A program made the translations under genes and the position numbers. Shown piece by piece: positions 50,549-60,302 of a stretch of DNA of 64,000 bases; the first letter of the stretch is position 1; each line of letters opens with the position of its first letter. The stretch is from a virus (Duplodnaviria > Caudoviricetes). The notes under the pieces are model-generated. The model saw nothing but the letters and a program-made list of their open reading frames with translations. It made no database searches and was not told the DNA's origin. The stretch covers positions 22,076 to 86,075 of the IMG/VR virus record IMGVR_UViG_3300026161_000447; one strand, written 5' to 3'.

Positions 50549-53383
50549 CTATGCCACCGTTGCCGCTATGATCTGCCTGTACTGCTCGCCGACCTCGAGC
50601 GAAGCGATCTCGGCGTAGAAGTACGGCGTAGGCTTCAGGGCAACCTCGATGCGGACGGGAGGCCTGCCTTGCGCGACCTGAGCACCGCCGCCCGCCTGCA
50701 GTTGAGCGATCTCCTGCCGGAGGCGCTCGATGCCCGACCACTGCCGCTCTGCCCAATTGCCGATGGGTGTATCTGGCCAGCCTTGGCCTCCGGCCGCCGC
50801 CTGCTGGGGGTTGGCGTCCGCGAACTGCCTCTTGAGGCCCTCTTTGAGTTGACTGCCGGCGCCCACTGCAAGGGTCTTGAGGATGACTGGCGCCACCAGG
50901 CCAGCGATCAATCCAAGTCCCCCACCTACCAGAGCACCCATTGGACCGAACCTCAGGCCAAGCAGAGCTCCTGCCCCTGCCCCCACAGCTCCACTCCCCA
51001 ACAGCAGTCCCCAGGGCGTCTTCGGCTTCTGTTTGCCCTCAGTCTCGAGCTCGAGATTGCGCAGCCTGGCCCGATGCGCGTAACCACTCGCCCCGCCCGC
51101 CACGAGGGCTCCAGCCCCACCGGTGAGGGCACCGATACCGGCTCCAATAGCCGTGCCGATTCCGGGCGTGATGGCTGTCCCGACACCCGCCCCCAACAAG
51201 GCACCTACTCCCGCAAGCTCCAGGATTGCGCGCAGCCAGGGGAATCTGTAGGCCCTCTCAGCCGCCAGTCTGTCCTGCCCATTGGGCACGATCTGCCCGC
51301 TCTGGCTGGGAACGAAGGTCTCCGGCCCGCGCTCGCCCACCGTGTAGGGCTGTCCGGCCTCTACAGGGCCGCCCGCGGCCCTCCCCGGGTACTTGCCCTG
51401 CCGCTGCTCGCGTTCCGCCTTCTGCCAGGGCAGCTCGGGAATGAGTGGAACGCCGCCCTTGCCGCTGAACAAAGCCCTGTCGGCCCAGTTCAGGACCCCG
51501 ATGAGGGCGTTGCCCGCCTCCCTCAGCACCTCCGCGATGGTCTTCAGGTATTCCACCCACGTCGGCAACAGCTCCAAGCCCTTCTGGAAGGCCTGCAGCA
51601 TCTTGTCGACACCGGTGAGGATCAACTGGGGGATAGCCTGGGCGAACTGACGGATGCGCTCCCTATTGGCCTCCCAGAGTTGCTCGACGCGCCCCAGCAG
51701 GGCGACCATCGCCGGCAGTGCCGCCGTCACGATGTCGAGCTTGATGAGGGACGCAATCTGCCGCACGCGCTGCAGTATCGGCTCAAGGACGAGTTTCGTC
51801 CTCTCGGCCATCTCGCTGTAGCGCCGCCCCTCCTCACCGCGCCCGAGAGCCGCTCCAAACTGCTGGTCGGGCAGCATGAACTTGCCGTACAGTGTCTGGG
51901 CCGCCGAGGACCCGACTGCCGCCGACAGCATGGGCATGCGCAGCAAGTCCGGAAGTTCCAGGAACCGTTGGCGCAGCAACAGAAGCGTCTGAGCCCAGTT
52001 CGTCGTGCCGTCCCGGTTCTGCACCAGGCGTGCGCCCAGTGCCCCGAGCTTTGCGTCCAGGAACTCCGCGCGCATGCCCCACTGGCCGAAGATGCCCGCC
52101 GTTTCTCCGGCCTTCACGCCCATCGCGTCCAGGGCGAACACCAATTGCGTGGCGGAGCCCACGGCCTGGCCGCTCATCCAATGGATACGCATGATGGCGT
52201 CGGAGAACTCCAACGCCGCGCCCGTCACGTCATCCAGAAGCTGCTTCGTTGCCTTGAGCGCCTCGCCAAAGAGCCTGCCCAGTGCGCCGGCGACGAGGCC
52301 GACGGCTGCTCCCAGCATGCCCATGACGGCGCCGAGAGCGGCCATGACCGCCGGGCCGAGAATGAGGCCCAGTGCGGCGCCGACGGCTGCCCCTCCCACC
52401 GTGGCCACGGCGCGGATGCCGGAGATGATGGTGTCGCAGACGGCACGCCCCACGCGCTGCGCTGCCTGTCCCGTCTGGCCGAGGCTGTGAAGGGCGGTCT
52501 CCAGGAGATCGCCGACGGCGTCGGTAGCGGTCCCCAGTAGGCCGCCGAGGGCGATACCCGCGGCACCGCCGATACTGGCGCCTGCGGCCGCCCCCCGCGC
52601 TCGGCTCCGGAGGAAGCCGCCCAGGAACCCGCGTAGAGACCGCCGATTGCCCTCCTCGGACAGTGGCGCGCCACAGCGGGCGCAGACCCCTTTGCTCGCC
52701 TCTTCGCGCGTGTTCATGTGCCCGCACGCTGCGCACTGCTTTGACCCCGCCGGCCGGTTCTTGCGCAGAGGCGTGCCCTGGGACTCGGTTCCAGCCTCGG
52801 CTTTGACTTCTGGCTCAGCTTCGCCCTCGGAGTCGGGAGCCCGTGCGGCGTTCATGCGCAGGGCCTGCTCCCAGTCTCGGCGCAGAACCCGCTGCGTCGC
52901 CAGTTGCCGGCGTCGCGCTTCGTAGAGCTCGACCGCCTTCCTCCTGTCGTCGCCGGAGGCGAAACGCCCTCCACGGCGCCAGGCGGTCTCCACGTTCGGG
53001 CTTCCGTGGAGGCTCAGGTCGGTGATAGACTGCGTCGTACCGACCGCTTCCTCAACTTCCTGCGGGGCGTTGGCGCGCAGACGTCGGTCAACGCGGGCCT
53101 GGAAGCGCGCTCGCGCGTTGTCCGCGATGGTCTCTGTATTGGCCCCAAAGACCCCGCCGAACAACTCCCCGGTGCGCTCAGTGTCGTAGGCGCCGCGGGT
53201 CTGCTGGGTACGCGCTCGCAGTTGATCCCTATTCTGCTCCCAGCGCTCCCGTGCGCGGGCTCTGTCGCGAGTTTGCTCTCTATTGGGAGCGTGAGTGGGC
53301 CATAATAGGCCACAGTGCCTACAACGCAGCTCGTCGGGGACGGTGTGGCCGCAATACTGGCAGACGACAGTTGGGGCATCCAT
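50549..53383 (-). CDS. Tape measure protein with two N-terminal double zinc-ribbon motifs
   Basis: Follows the chaperone; long Ala/Gly helical and TM-like stretches; RAAGGPV..G..YTVGERGPE.FVP...G.IVPN motif; CQYC..CRHC and CAAC..CARC. Confidence 0.85.
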   Translation of the reverse strand: MDAPTVVCQYCGHTVPDELRCRHCGLLWPTHAPNREQTRDRARARERWEQNRDQLRARTQQTRGAYDTERTGELFGGVFGANTETIADNARARFQARVDRRLRANAPQEVEEAVGTTQSITDLSLHGSPNVETAWRRGGRFASGDDRRKAVELYEARRRQLATQRVLRRDWEQALRMNAARAPDSEGEAEPEVKAEAGTESQGTPLRKNRPAGSKQCAACGHMNTREEASKGVCARCGAPLSEEGNRRSLRGFLGGFLRSRARGAAAGASIGGAAGIALGGLLGTATDAVGDLLETALHSLGQTGQAAQRVGRAVCDTIISGIRAVATVGGAAVGAALGLILGPAVMAALGAVMGMLGAAVGLVAGALGRLFGEALKATKQLLDDVTGAALEFSDAIMRIHWMSGQAVGSATQLVFALDAMGVKAGETAGIFGQWGMRAEFLDAKLGALGARLVQNRDGTTNWAQTLLLLRQRFLELPDLLRMPMLSAAVGSSAAQTLYGKFMLPDQQFGAALGRGEEGRRYSEMAERTKLVLEPILQRVRQIASLIKLDIVTAALPAMVALLGRVEQLWEANRERIRQFAQAIPQLILTGVDKMLQAFQKGLELLPTWVEYLKTIAEVLREAGNALIGVLNWADRALFSGKGGVPLIPELPWQKAEREQRQGKYPGRAAGGPVEAGQPYTVGERGPETFVPSQSGQIVPNGQDRLAAERAYRFPWLRAILELAGVGALLGAGVGTAITPGIGTAIGAGIGALTGGAGALVAGGASGYAHRARLRNLELETEGKQKPKTPWGLLLGSGAVGAGAGALLGLRFGPMGALVGGGLGLIAGLVAPVILKTLAVGAGSQLKEGLKRQFADANPQQAAAGGQGWPDTPIGNWAERQWSGIERLRQEIAQLQAGGGAQVAQGRPPVRIEVALKPTPYFYAEIASLEVGEQYRQIIAATVA

Positions 53384-53390
53384 CGCGGCC

Positions 53391-53627
53391 TCACCCTCCC
53401 AAAAGCGGACAGACCCTCGCCTGCTGCGCGAGGGTCATGTACATCGACAGTATCCCGAACGCCTGGATCGTCCGGCGCCGCGGAGTGTTGATGGGGTCAT
53501 GTACCCACGGTAGGTACCCCCCCTGTTTGAACATGCAGAAGTCGGCTATGACCTGGGCTGCCCACGGTGACGGGGTTTCCGGCAGTTCCCCCTGGGCTAT
53601 GCAGCGAGCAGCCTCGACAAGAAATCC
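53391..53627 (-). CDS. -1 frameshift extension of the tail assembly chaperone (lambda gpGT-like)
   Basis: G-GAT-TTC near the chaperone 3' end (53621-53627); the -1 frame is open 78 aa (GFLVEAARCIAQ...CPLLGG) and stops at the TMP SD. Confidence 0.7.
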   Translation of the reverse strand, partial: GFLVEAARCIAQGELPETPSPWAAQVIADFCMFKQGGYLPWVHDPINTPRRRTIQAFGILSMYMTLAQQARVCPLLGG

Positions 53628-54145
53628 TGCTCGCCTTGGGAGAGGCCGCTGGCCTCAAGGATGTGCTTTGCCAGTTCGTCCCTCATCCACATGGGGAGTC
53701 CGCGGACCGTCTCCTCGCTCACCGCAGGAGTCACCTCTACCCCATCCTCTATCGCCCGTACTTCCTGCGGGAACTCGATGAGGGCGTCGGCGATGATCCG
53801 AACGGTCATGGCCTGCGAGGCCAGGCGCGTGTCGCGCATGCGCCTGAGCATATCGCTCTGAGGGTCGATCACGCCCAATAGGAACGAATCCAGGATCTGG
53901 TCGATGACCGTGGTTCCCCGCTGCTGTGGGCTATGGACGGCCTCGGCAAGCGAGCGCGCGATGTCTCCCTTGCCGATGGACCGCAGAAGCTCGATCTGCT
54001 GCTCCTGCAGGTCCTCCCACGCTTGCACGACCTGGTCTGACATCTCGCGGATGCGGAAGAGCACTGGGGCCGTCGCGCCCTCAACATGGATCGGGACCCG
54101 CTTGGCATAGTACCCGGGGCTCCCGTTCAGGTAGATCGTGGACAT
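53597..54145 (-). CDS. Tail assembly chaperone
   Basis: Between tail tube and TMP; AGGAGG SD; 182 aa. Confidence 0.75.
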   Translation of the reverse strand: MSTIYLNGSPGYYAKRVPIHVEGATAPVLFRIREMSDQVVQAWEDLQEQQIELLRSIGKGDIARSLAEAVHSPQQRGTTVIDQILDSFLLGVIDPQSDMLRRMRDTRLASQAMTVRIIADALIEFPQEVRAIEDGVEVTPAVSEETVRGLPMWMRDELAKHILEASGLSQGEQDFLSRLLAA

Positions 54146-54154
54146 CGCTGCCTC

Positions 54155-55129
54155 CTATGTGCTGATCGCTATGGTCGGCTGTGTCGGCGTCCCGTGCCCC
54201 AGCATCTGGGCCGAGAGCGTTACGATGCTGCCAGCGGGTGTCTCTTGCACCGTGCGGCTTTGCACTAGACTGGCGTTGATGGCCACCACAAGACGTCGGG
54301 GTGTTGGGTACATGGCGTAACTCGGGTGCTGGCAGGTGATGACGATGGCGCCGCCGCCGAGCACGGCGTCCGAGACGTCGGATCGCCCCCGGGTCTCGAT
54401 GGTGACGTCGGCGTTGTGTACCCCCGGCCTGATGGCTACGGGTGCTCTGCTGATGGCGTACTCTGTGTACCCCAATATGGGGTTGCCGTAGTAACGGGCC
54501 GGGCGGACGCCCTGGCGGATGAGGTTGTTGCGGATGCTCACGCGCACGCGAGAGACGGTGGCCCTCACGTCGGTGGCCAGATCGCCGACGGCGATTGCCG
54601 TGTGCACCCAGTGCAGGACCTCGCCGTCAGGCACCACCGGCGGCGCGACTGCGACGCCCGGAACGGAGCAGATCGCGTAGAGCTCCGCCGTCGCCTGGAC
54701 GGCCTGGCCCTCGGAGAACTCCAGATCGAGGCTGTTGACCAGGCAGTCCACGAACTGCTCGGGCTCCCATGTGGCGTCGTGGGCAAAGCCCGTCTGGACG
54801 GTGACTAGCGGGAGCCCCCTGATCGTGTCTGCCGGGACGGGCGTCGTCGTCAGATCGGGGATCGCGTAGGCCAGGAACGCCGGGTCTACCACCTGCAGGC
54901 GAAGCCTGAGACTGCTGTCCCTGCGACCGGCAATCGGCTGCGCCTCCTGGCCCTGGCCGACGGGCTGGACGCTCACCGGCTGGGGACGGACTTCGCTTTG
55001 GGGGAAGTCGGCGGGCCCCGCGTTGTACAGCACCGAAGTGGCCGCCGGGTCTACGGCGTCTGCGGGCGCCACGCGCCGCGCGGTCTGTGGCGCCCACAGG
55101 AGATAGCCGTCGTAGCCCGCGTTTGGCAT
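54155..55129 (-). CDS. Tail tube protein-like, paralog B
   Basis: DCLVNSLDLEFSEG..V...ELY.IC...GEVLHWVH...RVSIRNNL; TAATG overlap. Confidence 0.75.
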   Translation of the reverse strand: MPNAGYDGYLLWAPQTARRVAPADAVDPAATSVLYNAGPADFPQSEVRPQPVSVQPVGQGQEAQPIAGRRDSSLRLRLQVVDPAFLAYAIPDLTTTPVPADTIRGLPLVTVQTGFAHDATWEPEQFVDCLVNSLDLEFSEGQAVQATAELYAICSVPGVAVAPPVVPDGEVLHWVHTAIAVGDLATDVRATVSRVRVSIRNNLIRQGVRPARYYGNPILGYTEYAISRAPVAIRPGVHNADVTIETRGRSDVSDAVLGGGAIVITCQHPSYAMYPTPRRLVVAINASLVQSRTVQETPAGSIVTLSAQMLGHGTPTQPTIAIST

Positions 55130-56124
55130 TACAGGGTCCCGGCCGTGATTGAGATTCCCATGCTGACGGCGTCGTTGCTCCACGTCATCTGCCGGTCGGC
55201 GGCGGCCTCGGGCTGACTGAATCGGCTGGTGTGGGAGCGCGTGATTGTGACCTGAAGGTAGCGCCTCACGCTGTAGAAGGCGAAGGCCGGATGCTCTGCC
55301 CGGAGAGTGATTGAGCCCCAGTCCAGGATGCCGCGCACATGTGCGGGGGCCTTGGCGTTGAACTCGAAGGAGACGCTGGTGTTCTCGATGCCGGGCTTGA
55401 TGTCGTAGTTGGTGCGGCTGATGTCCAGTTCGGCGCCGCCACTCACAAGCTGCTGTCTCTGGCCGGTGCGGAGGAGGTTGTTGGTGTGCTGCAGGCGCAC
55501 GCTGCTGAGGATGTTGTGGTAGTCTACGCCCCCGATGTTGAACGAGCTGTGCACCCAGTGCAGCACGTCACCTGCGGGCGCCGATGCCGTCCGCCCCGCT
55601 GCCGCCTCGATGATGCAGATGGGGTACCACTCAAGGGCCACCTGCACCGGCCTGCCCTCCGCGAACGTGAGACCGAAGCTCTGGACAAGGCTGTCGATGC
55701 CCTGGTACTCAAAGTCCGAGGAGGCGTACCGAGAGTCGACACCCCAGATTATGTTCGACAGGCCGAGGCCGGCATACAGGCCACTGGCGTCGGGGTTGAC
55801 GCGGTTGCGGACGATGTTGTGATACGTATCGTCGAAGTACGTCCCGTCCGCTACTTCCACGGTGGTGCCGATTGTGAATTCCCTGGCACCTCCCGGCGCG
55901 ATGGCCAGGTGCATGCCGCCCGAGGCTGATCCATCCACGGGCTGCATGTTCTGGTTCTCTTGCCAGCGAGGGTAGGGGGCTGGCCCCAATGTGGTGCAGG
56001 CACCGGCGTAGGGTGACGGGTCGGTGATGGTTGCGGGGCCGACGACCCTGGAGCCCGCATACTGCGCGAACCCCACGTACCCCATGTGGCCGATGACGTA
56101 GTTCGGCGTCGGATAGAGTGCCAT
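55129..56124 (-). CDS. Major tail tube protein-like, paralog A
   Basis: DSLVQSFGLTFAEG..V...EWYPIC...GDVLHWVH...RLQHTNNL. Confidence 0.75.
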   Translation of the reverse strand: MALYPTPNYVIGHMGYVGFAQYAGSRVVGPATITDPSPYAGACTTLGPAPYPRWQENQNMQPVDGSASGGMHLAIAPGGAREFTIGTTVEVADGTYFDDTYHNIVRNRVNPDASGLYAGLGLSNIIWGVDSRYASSDFEYQGIDSLVQSFGLTFAEGRPVQVALEWYPICIIEAAAGRTASAPAGDVLHWVHSSFNIGGVDYHNILSSVRLQHTNNLLRTGQRQQLVSGGAELDISRTNYDIKPGIENTSVSFEFNAKAPAHVRGILDWGSITLRAEHPAFAFYSVRRYLQVTITRSHTSRFSQPEAAADRQMTWSNDAVSMGISITAGTL

Positions 56125-56145
56125 GATCTCACCTCACGCGAGCGG

Positions 56146-57462
56146 CTACTTGCTGCCGATCGCCCTCTCGTAGTCGCTGTAGACGATGGCGAACACCCCG
56201 GACGTCGCCGTGGTGGTCACCGCGCAGGTGGCGGCCGCCACCGACTGAAGCCCTGTGTCACCTGTGTCTAGCACGAGGTTGAACTCGTCGCCGGCGGCGA
56301 TGGATGACCATGCCGACTGGGCCTTCGTCGCCGCGTTGCCCGCCTGGTCGGTGTAGCCGAGCGTGAAGGTCACATTGGCGTCGATGGCCGTCAGGGCCAC
56401 GAGCTTCAGGCCATTGTTGGCAGTCCCCGGGCACAGCCACTTGCTGTACTCAGGGGCCTGGACGACCTCGACCTCGCACTCATTGGTGTCCGTGATGGTC
56501 ACGATGGCCAAAGGCGGCTGGGCGATACCGAAGAGCTTGCCGTCGGCGCCGAGCACCGCCTCGGGGACCATCTGCAGCCACGTCGCCACCGGAGGTGTCT
56601 CCACGGTGTCGGTGGTGCGCTGGAAGATCACCGTGTAGAGCTCCTCCTCGGCGTCGCCATTGAGGAGTGCAGGCGTCACCTGCATGTCATGGTTGCTGGG
56701 CACCCAGTCGGCGGGGAGCGTCCAGGAGATCACACCGCCGTTGGCGCTAAGGCCGTCGGTCGCGTCGGTGAGCGTCAGCTCCGTCCACGCCGAGCCGTTC
56801 CAGTAGTAGCCATGGAGGCCAACGTCTACGCTTGCCGGCGTGCTGAGGTCGAGCAATACCCTATCAAAGCGGCTACGGCTGCAGACGGCGAGCACGTCGT
56901 TATCCGCAGCGAGCAACGCGACGTCGGCCGTCCCCACGTCCCCGGCGTCGGTGGTGTCATCTGTGAGGCTCCCCTGCGCGCCTGTGTACACGCGGTCGAA
57001 AGCCACGGTCTCCATCGCCGGGTGCATGGCACCGACGACGGATGTCCCGTTGACGAAGACGCTTGCCCCCAACGCCAGGCGCGCGATCTCCGCCGTCAGG
57101 GGATGCAGCATTGCCCCCGAGCTTGCGAGGTAGGCGGCGAGGGAGGCGTAGCCGCCCCCGGCTTCGCTGCGGACGTAGCTGTCGATGGCCGTGAACAGCG
57201 CCTTCCAGGTTGTCTGGTCAAGTGCCCTCTGCAGGTAGCCCGCATAGTTGCGGGCGAGCGCCAGTCGGTCACAGGCGGAGGCCTGGGCGAGTAGTGCCGC
57301 CTGCAGTTCTGGGTCCTCGCTGTTTGCATCCAGGTATTGCCACAGCCCGGTCTCGGCGTTGCTGTGCAGCATGTTGGCGCCCGGGGTGGCAACCGCCGCC
57401 TCCGCACGACCAACGAGCTTGTCTGTTACCGCCTCTAGGGTGGCGGCGGGTAGCAGTCCCAT
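56146..57462 (-). CDS. Structural protein between terminator and tube (helical N-domain plus beta domains)
   Basis: FDRVLLDLSTPA...YYWNGSAW..L..TD.T.G....G.ISW..P.DW domain common in virion proteins; not sheath-like. Confidence 0.7.
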   Translation of the reverse strand: MGLLPAATLEAVTDKLVGRAEAAVATPGANMLHSNAETGLWQYLDANSEDPELQAALLAQASACDRLALARNYAGYLQRALDQTTWKALFTAIDSYVRSEAGGGYASLAAYLASSGAMLHPLTAEIARLALGASVFVNGTSVVGAMHPAMETVAFDRVYTGAQGSLTDDTTDAGDVGTADVALLAADNDVLAVCSRSRFDRVLLDLSTPASVDVGLHGYYWNGSAWTELTLTDATDGLSANGGVISWTLPADWVPSNHDMQVTPALLNGDAEEELYTVIFQRTTDTVETPPVATWLQMVPEAVLGADGKLFGIAQPPLAIVTITDTNECEVEVVQAPEYSKWLCPGTANNGLKLVALTAIDANVTFTLGYTDQAGNAATKAQSAWSSIAAGDEFNLVLDTGDTGLQSVAAATCAVTTTATSGVFAIVYSDYERAIGSK

Positions 57463-57468
57463 GGTCTA

Positions 57469-58002
57469 TCAGCTCCAGTAGGGGTTCGTGTTCGGTCCGG
57501 CCGCGTGCTGGACGGCCTCGAAGTGGGCCGCCATCCCCCCATAGTCACGGTCCGGGCTTGGCGGTAGTGGCTGTGGCCCCCGGGGAATCAGCGCGTGCCA
57601 GGCGTGCGGGTCTGCCTCGGCCTCGCAGTAGGGGCCCCGGAACGTCGGGCAGAACATGACCGCCGTGATGAGGTCGGCGACGTCGGCCGACACTTGCCAG
57701 TCACGGCGGCTGATGGGCAGGGGGAACACGCACGCGCACACCAGGTGCGTGCGGTTCGTGTAGCCCGTGCCGTGGGCTTCCTTGGTTGTGGATCCCGCCA
57801 CGGAGATGGCCGGAAAGTTGTCTTCGCCGATGATCTCCCCCGCCCAGAAGTAGCCGTTGATGGCCGGCAGCCCGCAATGCGCCAGTACCGCCGGCAGGTT
57901 GGTCTGCAGTGCCCTGAGCATGGCGTCGATGACTAGCCTGATGCGGCCGGTGTTGCCGTTGGCGTTGGCCAGGACTTCCTCAACGGTGACGGTGCCGGCC
58001 AT
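57469..58002 (-). CDS. Putative tail terminator
   Basis: Position and size (177 aa); FPAISV strand. Confidence 0.55.
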   Translation of the reverse strand: MAGTVTVEEVLANANGNTGRIRLVIDAMLRALQTNLPAVLAHCGLPAINGYFWAGEIIGEDNFPAISVAGSTTKEAHGTGYTNRTHLVCACVFPLPISRRDWQVSADVADLITAVMFCPTFRGPYCEAEADPHAWHALIPRGPQPLPPSPDRDYGGMAAHFEAVQHAAGPNTNPYWS

Positions 58003-58896
58003 TCAGATCATCGCCTCCAGAACCTGCGTCTCTGTCATGGCCGCGGCTTCCTCACCGACGACCATTGCCAATGCCTGCGCCTTGCGGATCGTTCGCTGAT
58101 GTGCTTCGCGCACAGCCTTCATCCACGCGGCATGCAGGCGACCGAGGAGCCTCTGCGCCACAACGCCCCACGGGCCGTGGGCCTGCATGTAGATCGTCCC
58201 ATGGAAGAGGAACCACGGGTAGGGCGCGCCGTTCTCGGCCTTCGCTTGGTTCCAGAAGAGAAGCGTCACGCCGTCACGACGGCGGACGATTGTGTGTCGC
58301 CATTCCCTGTAGAGTGCTCCCGTCTGGCTGTTGATGATGTCGCGGTTGGCGACGCTGCCCCTGATGCCTGGGAAGTGTCGCTTGGCTTGCGTGGGGATGC
58401 GCCGCGGGTACTTGAGTAGCTCCCACGTGCGGGCGGGCGGCAGCTTTCCGTGCTTCTTCATGTTCTTGATCTTGCTGGGAGGAGGGCCATAGCCGTAGGG
58501 GTTGTCGGCCTTGCGCAGGTCCTTGGTATCCAGCGTCCCCTGCGACATGGCTCGCAAGAGCTCCCACCAGAGCCGCACGATGGGCCTGATCTCGTCCAGG
58601 TCCAATTCGTTCATGTACTGCGTGTTGAGCCGCACCATCTGCACGGTGTTCTGCGACGCGCTGTGCTGGTAGACCGTCACGCTCGGCGATCCGACCATGT
58701 CCATGCGCAGGCTCTCCGTCGCCGGGAATGTCCTCTTCTTCTCGCCCTTCGGGGTCTTTGGCAGGATGTAGTCTGGGGCCGAGAACCGCTTGTCCCCGAA
58801 CTCCCAGTCCGTCGCCTCCGGCGGGCGCGTGTAGACCGGGTGGCTGACGTCGGCGAAGGTCCACAGGCCTGTGGTGTCGATCTTCTGCCTTCGCAC
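58003..58896 (-). CDS. HK97 gp10-like tail-completion protein with N-terminal extension
   Basis: SQTGALYREW...APYPWFLFHGTIYM...PW. Confidence 0.6.
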   Translation of the reverse strand: MRRQKIDTTGLWTFADVSHPVYTRPPEATDWEFGDKRFSAPDYILPKTPKGEKKRTFPATESLRMDMVGSPSVTVYQHSASQNTVQMVRLNTQYMNELDLDEIRPIVRLWWELLRAMSQGTLDTKDLRKADNPYGYGPPPSKIKNMKKHGKLPPARTWELLKYPRRIPTQAKRHFPGIRGSVANRDIINSQTGALYREWRHTIVRRRDGVTLLFWNQAKAENGAPYPWFLFHGTIYMQAHGPWGVVAQRLLGRLHAAWMKAVREAHQRTIRKAQALAMVVGEEAAAMTETQVLEAMI

Positions 58897-59531
58897 TAGC
58901 GGCCTCCTCGCTCACGCACTAGCTGGCCGAACACCGGCGATAGCCCCTGAGCAAGCAGCGTCGGCCTTCCTCCGGAAACGGGGGCGCCGACATACAGGTA
59001 GCGGGGATGCTGGCGGAAACGCACGGCATAGACGCCCGTGGGGGCGCTTCCGCCGTCGATCCACTCGATGGCATTGGTCTCGGTGTCGAAGTCGTAGTCC
59101 TGGCCCGGCGCGTATTCAGCGGTGCTGTCGGTGACCGTCACGATCTCGCTGACGGTCCCGGCGTTTGTGAGGGTGTCACGGACACCGACTTGGCAGCGTG
59201 TGACCTGCTCTTCCACTCTCGCGAGCAAGACGATGCGGTCCCAAAGGCCCGGCTGGAAGTCGGGCGCGATGGTCTGCAGGAGGATGTCGCCGACTTGGAG
59301 CATGCCGAAGTCGGCGTGCAGGTACTCACGGCGGACCTCGCTGACGATGCCCTTCAGGGTCTCGTCGCCGCGTTGCCGGCGGTACACGTACCCGTGGTCG
59401 CAGGCCGTGCACCCCTCTTGGGCGTCGTAGTTCGTGGCCGGATCGTAGCAGGAGCAGGGGTCTGCCCGCCACCACTCCAGTTCCTCGCCTAGTTGAGCCA
59501 TGTTGATAGCAAAAGCCGCGGGGTTGAACAC
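58896..59531 (-). CDS. Head-closure/neck protein, SPO1/Twort-type
   Basis: WWRADPCSC...CTACDHG.VY; DRIVL; internal Ig-like segment. Confidence 0.7.
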   Translation of the reverse strand: MFNPAAFAINMAQLGEELEWWRADPCSCYDPATNYDAQEGCTACDHGYVYRRQRGDETLKGIVSEVRREYLHADFGMLQVGDILLQTIAPDFQPGLWDRIVLLARVEEQVTRCQVGVRDTLTNAGTVSEIVTVTDSTAEYAPGQDYDFDTETNAIEWIDGGSAPTGVYAVRFRQHPRYLYVGAPVSGGRPTLLAQGLSPVFGQLVRERGGR

Positions 59532-60299
59532 CTAGAGCATCACCACCCGCGGCGGCCGGTAGTGCCTGTTCCACCAGTCACGGAACGCTTGGAGGTCCTT
59601 GTCAAGGACCTCGATCTGCTTCTCGATGGCGGTGAAGCTCTGGCTCACACCTCCGGCGGAGCTAGACGTGGGGACGATGCCCATGGCTTCCTTGCACAGG
59701 TGTAGACGCGCCGCGTGGAGGATGCCCTCGCGCAGCTTGGGGGCCTCGCGCGGTAGTCCCGTGCCCTCGGGGTCGTACCAGCCGGCGGTGTAGTCGAAGG
59801 CCACGAAGTGTGGGAGGTCGAGTTGGTTCATGCGGCCGCCGAGGAGCGGCAGGAACCAGCTAGCACCCTCGGCGGCGAACTGGGCGCTTCCCAGAGGCAG
59901 GAATGTGAACCAGCCGAAGCGGTAGTTGACCTTCCACCACGTCTGCGGTATCTCCAGCACGCGGTTTGCGTCGTTGAACTGCAGGTAGACGTGCTGGATG
60001 CTCACCACGGGTCGCCGGCGGAGTGTGTAGGACGGCAGGCGCCCTCCGGCCAGCGAGCCCGAGTGATAGTTGTGTGGGGCCTCAACGACGTCGTAGACAT
60101 CGCCGTCGGCGGGTGTCGTTTGGCGGATGACCCGTTGAGCGAAGAAGGTCTCAAGTTCTTCCTCAAGTTCAATCATGGATGCGTCTAGAGAACCCTGCAG
60201 GAGGACCTGCTGGTCGGCCGCATTGGGCATGACAGACGCGATGTAGGGCATCAGTGAGAAGGCCGCCTTGCGCAGGTCATCCGTGGTGACGAGTTCCAT
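59532..60299 (-). CDS. Head-tail adaptor/neck protein, SPO1/Twort-type
   Basis: ELEEEL...HNY...RRPVVSI...WWKVN...P...DYTAGW. Confidence 0.7.
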   Translation of the reverse strand: MELVTTDDLRKAAFSLMPYIASVMPNAADQQVLLQGSLDASMIELEEELETFFAQRVIRQTTPADGDVYDVVEAPHNYHSGSLAGGRLPSYTLRRRPVVSIQHVYLQFNDANRVLEIPQTWWKVNYRFGWFTFLPLGSAQFAAEGASWFLPLLGGRMNQLDLPHFVAFDYTAGWYDPEGTGLPREAPKLREGILHAARLHLCKEAMGIVPTSSSAGGVSQSFTAIEKQIEVLDKDLQAFRDWWNRHYRPPRVVML

Positions 60300-60302
60300 C
60301 GT

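Noticed and set aside
56146-57462. Tail sheath call based on position
   Set aside because: Sheath C-terminal helical signature not seen and no baseplate wedge genes; left as an unknown structural protein
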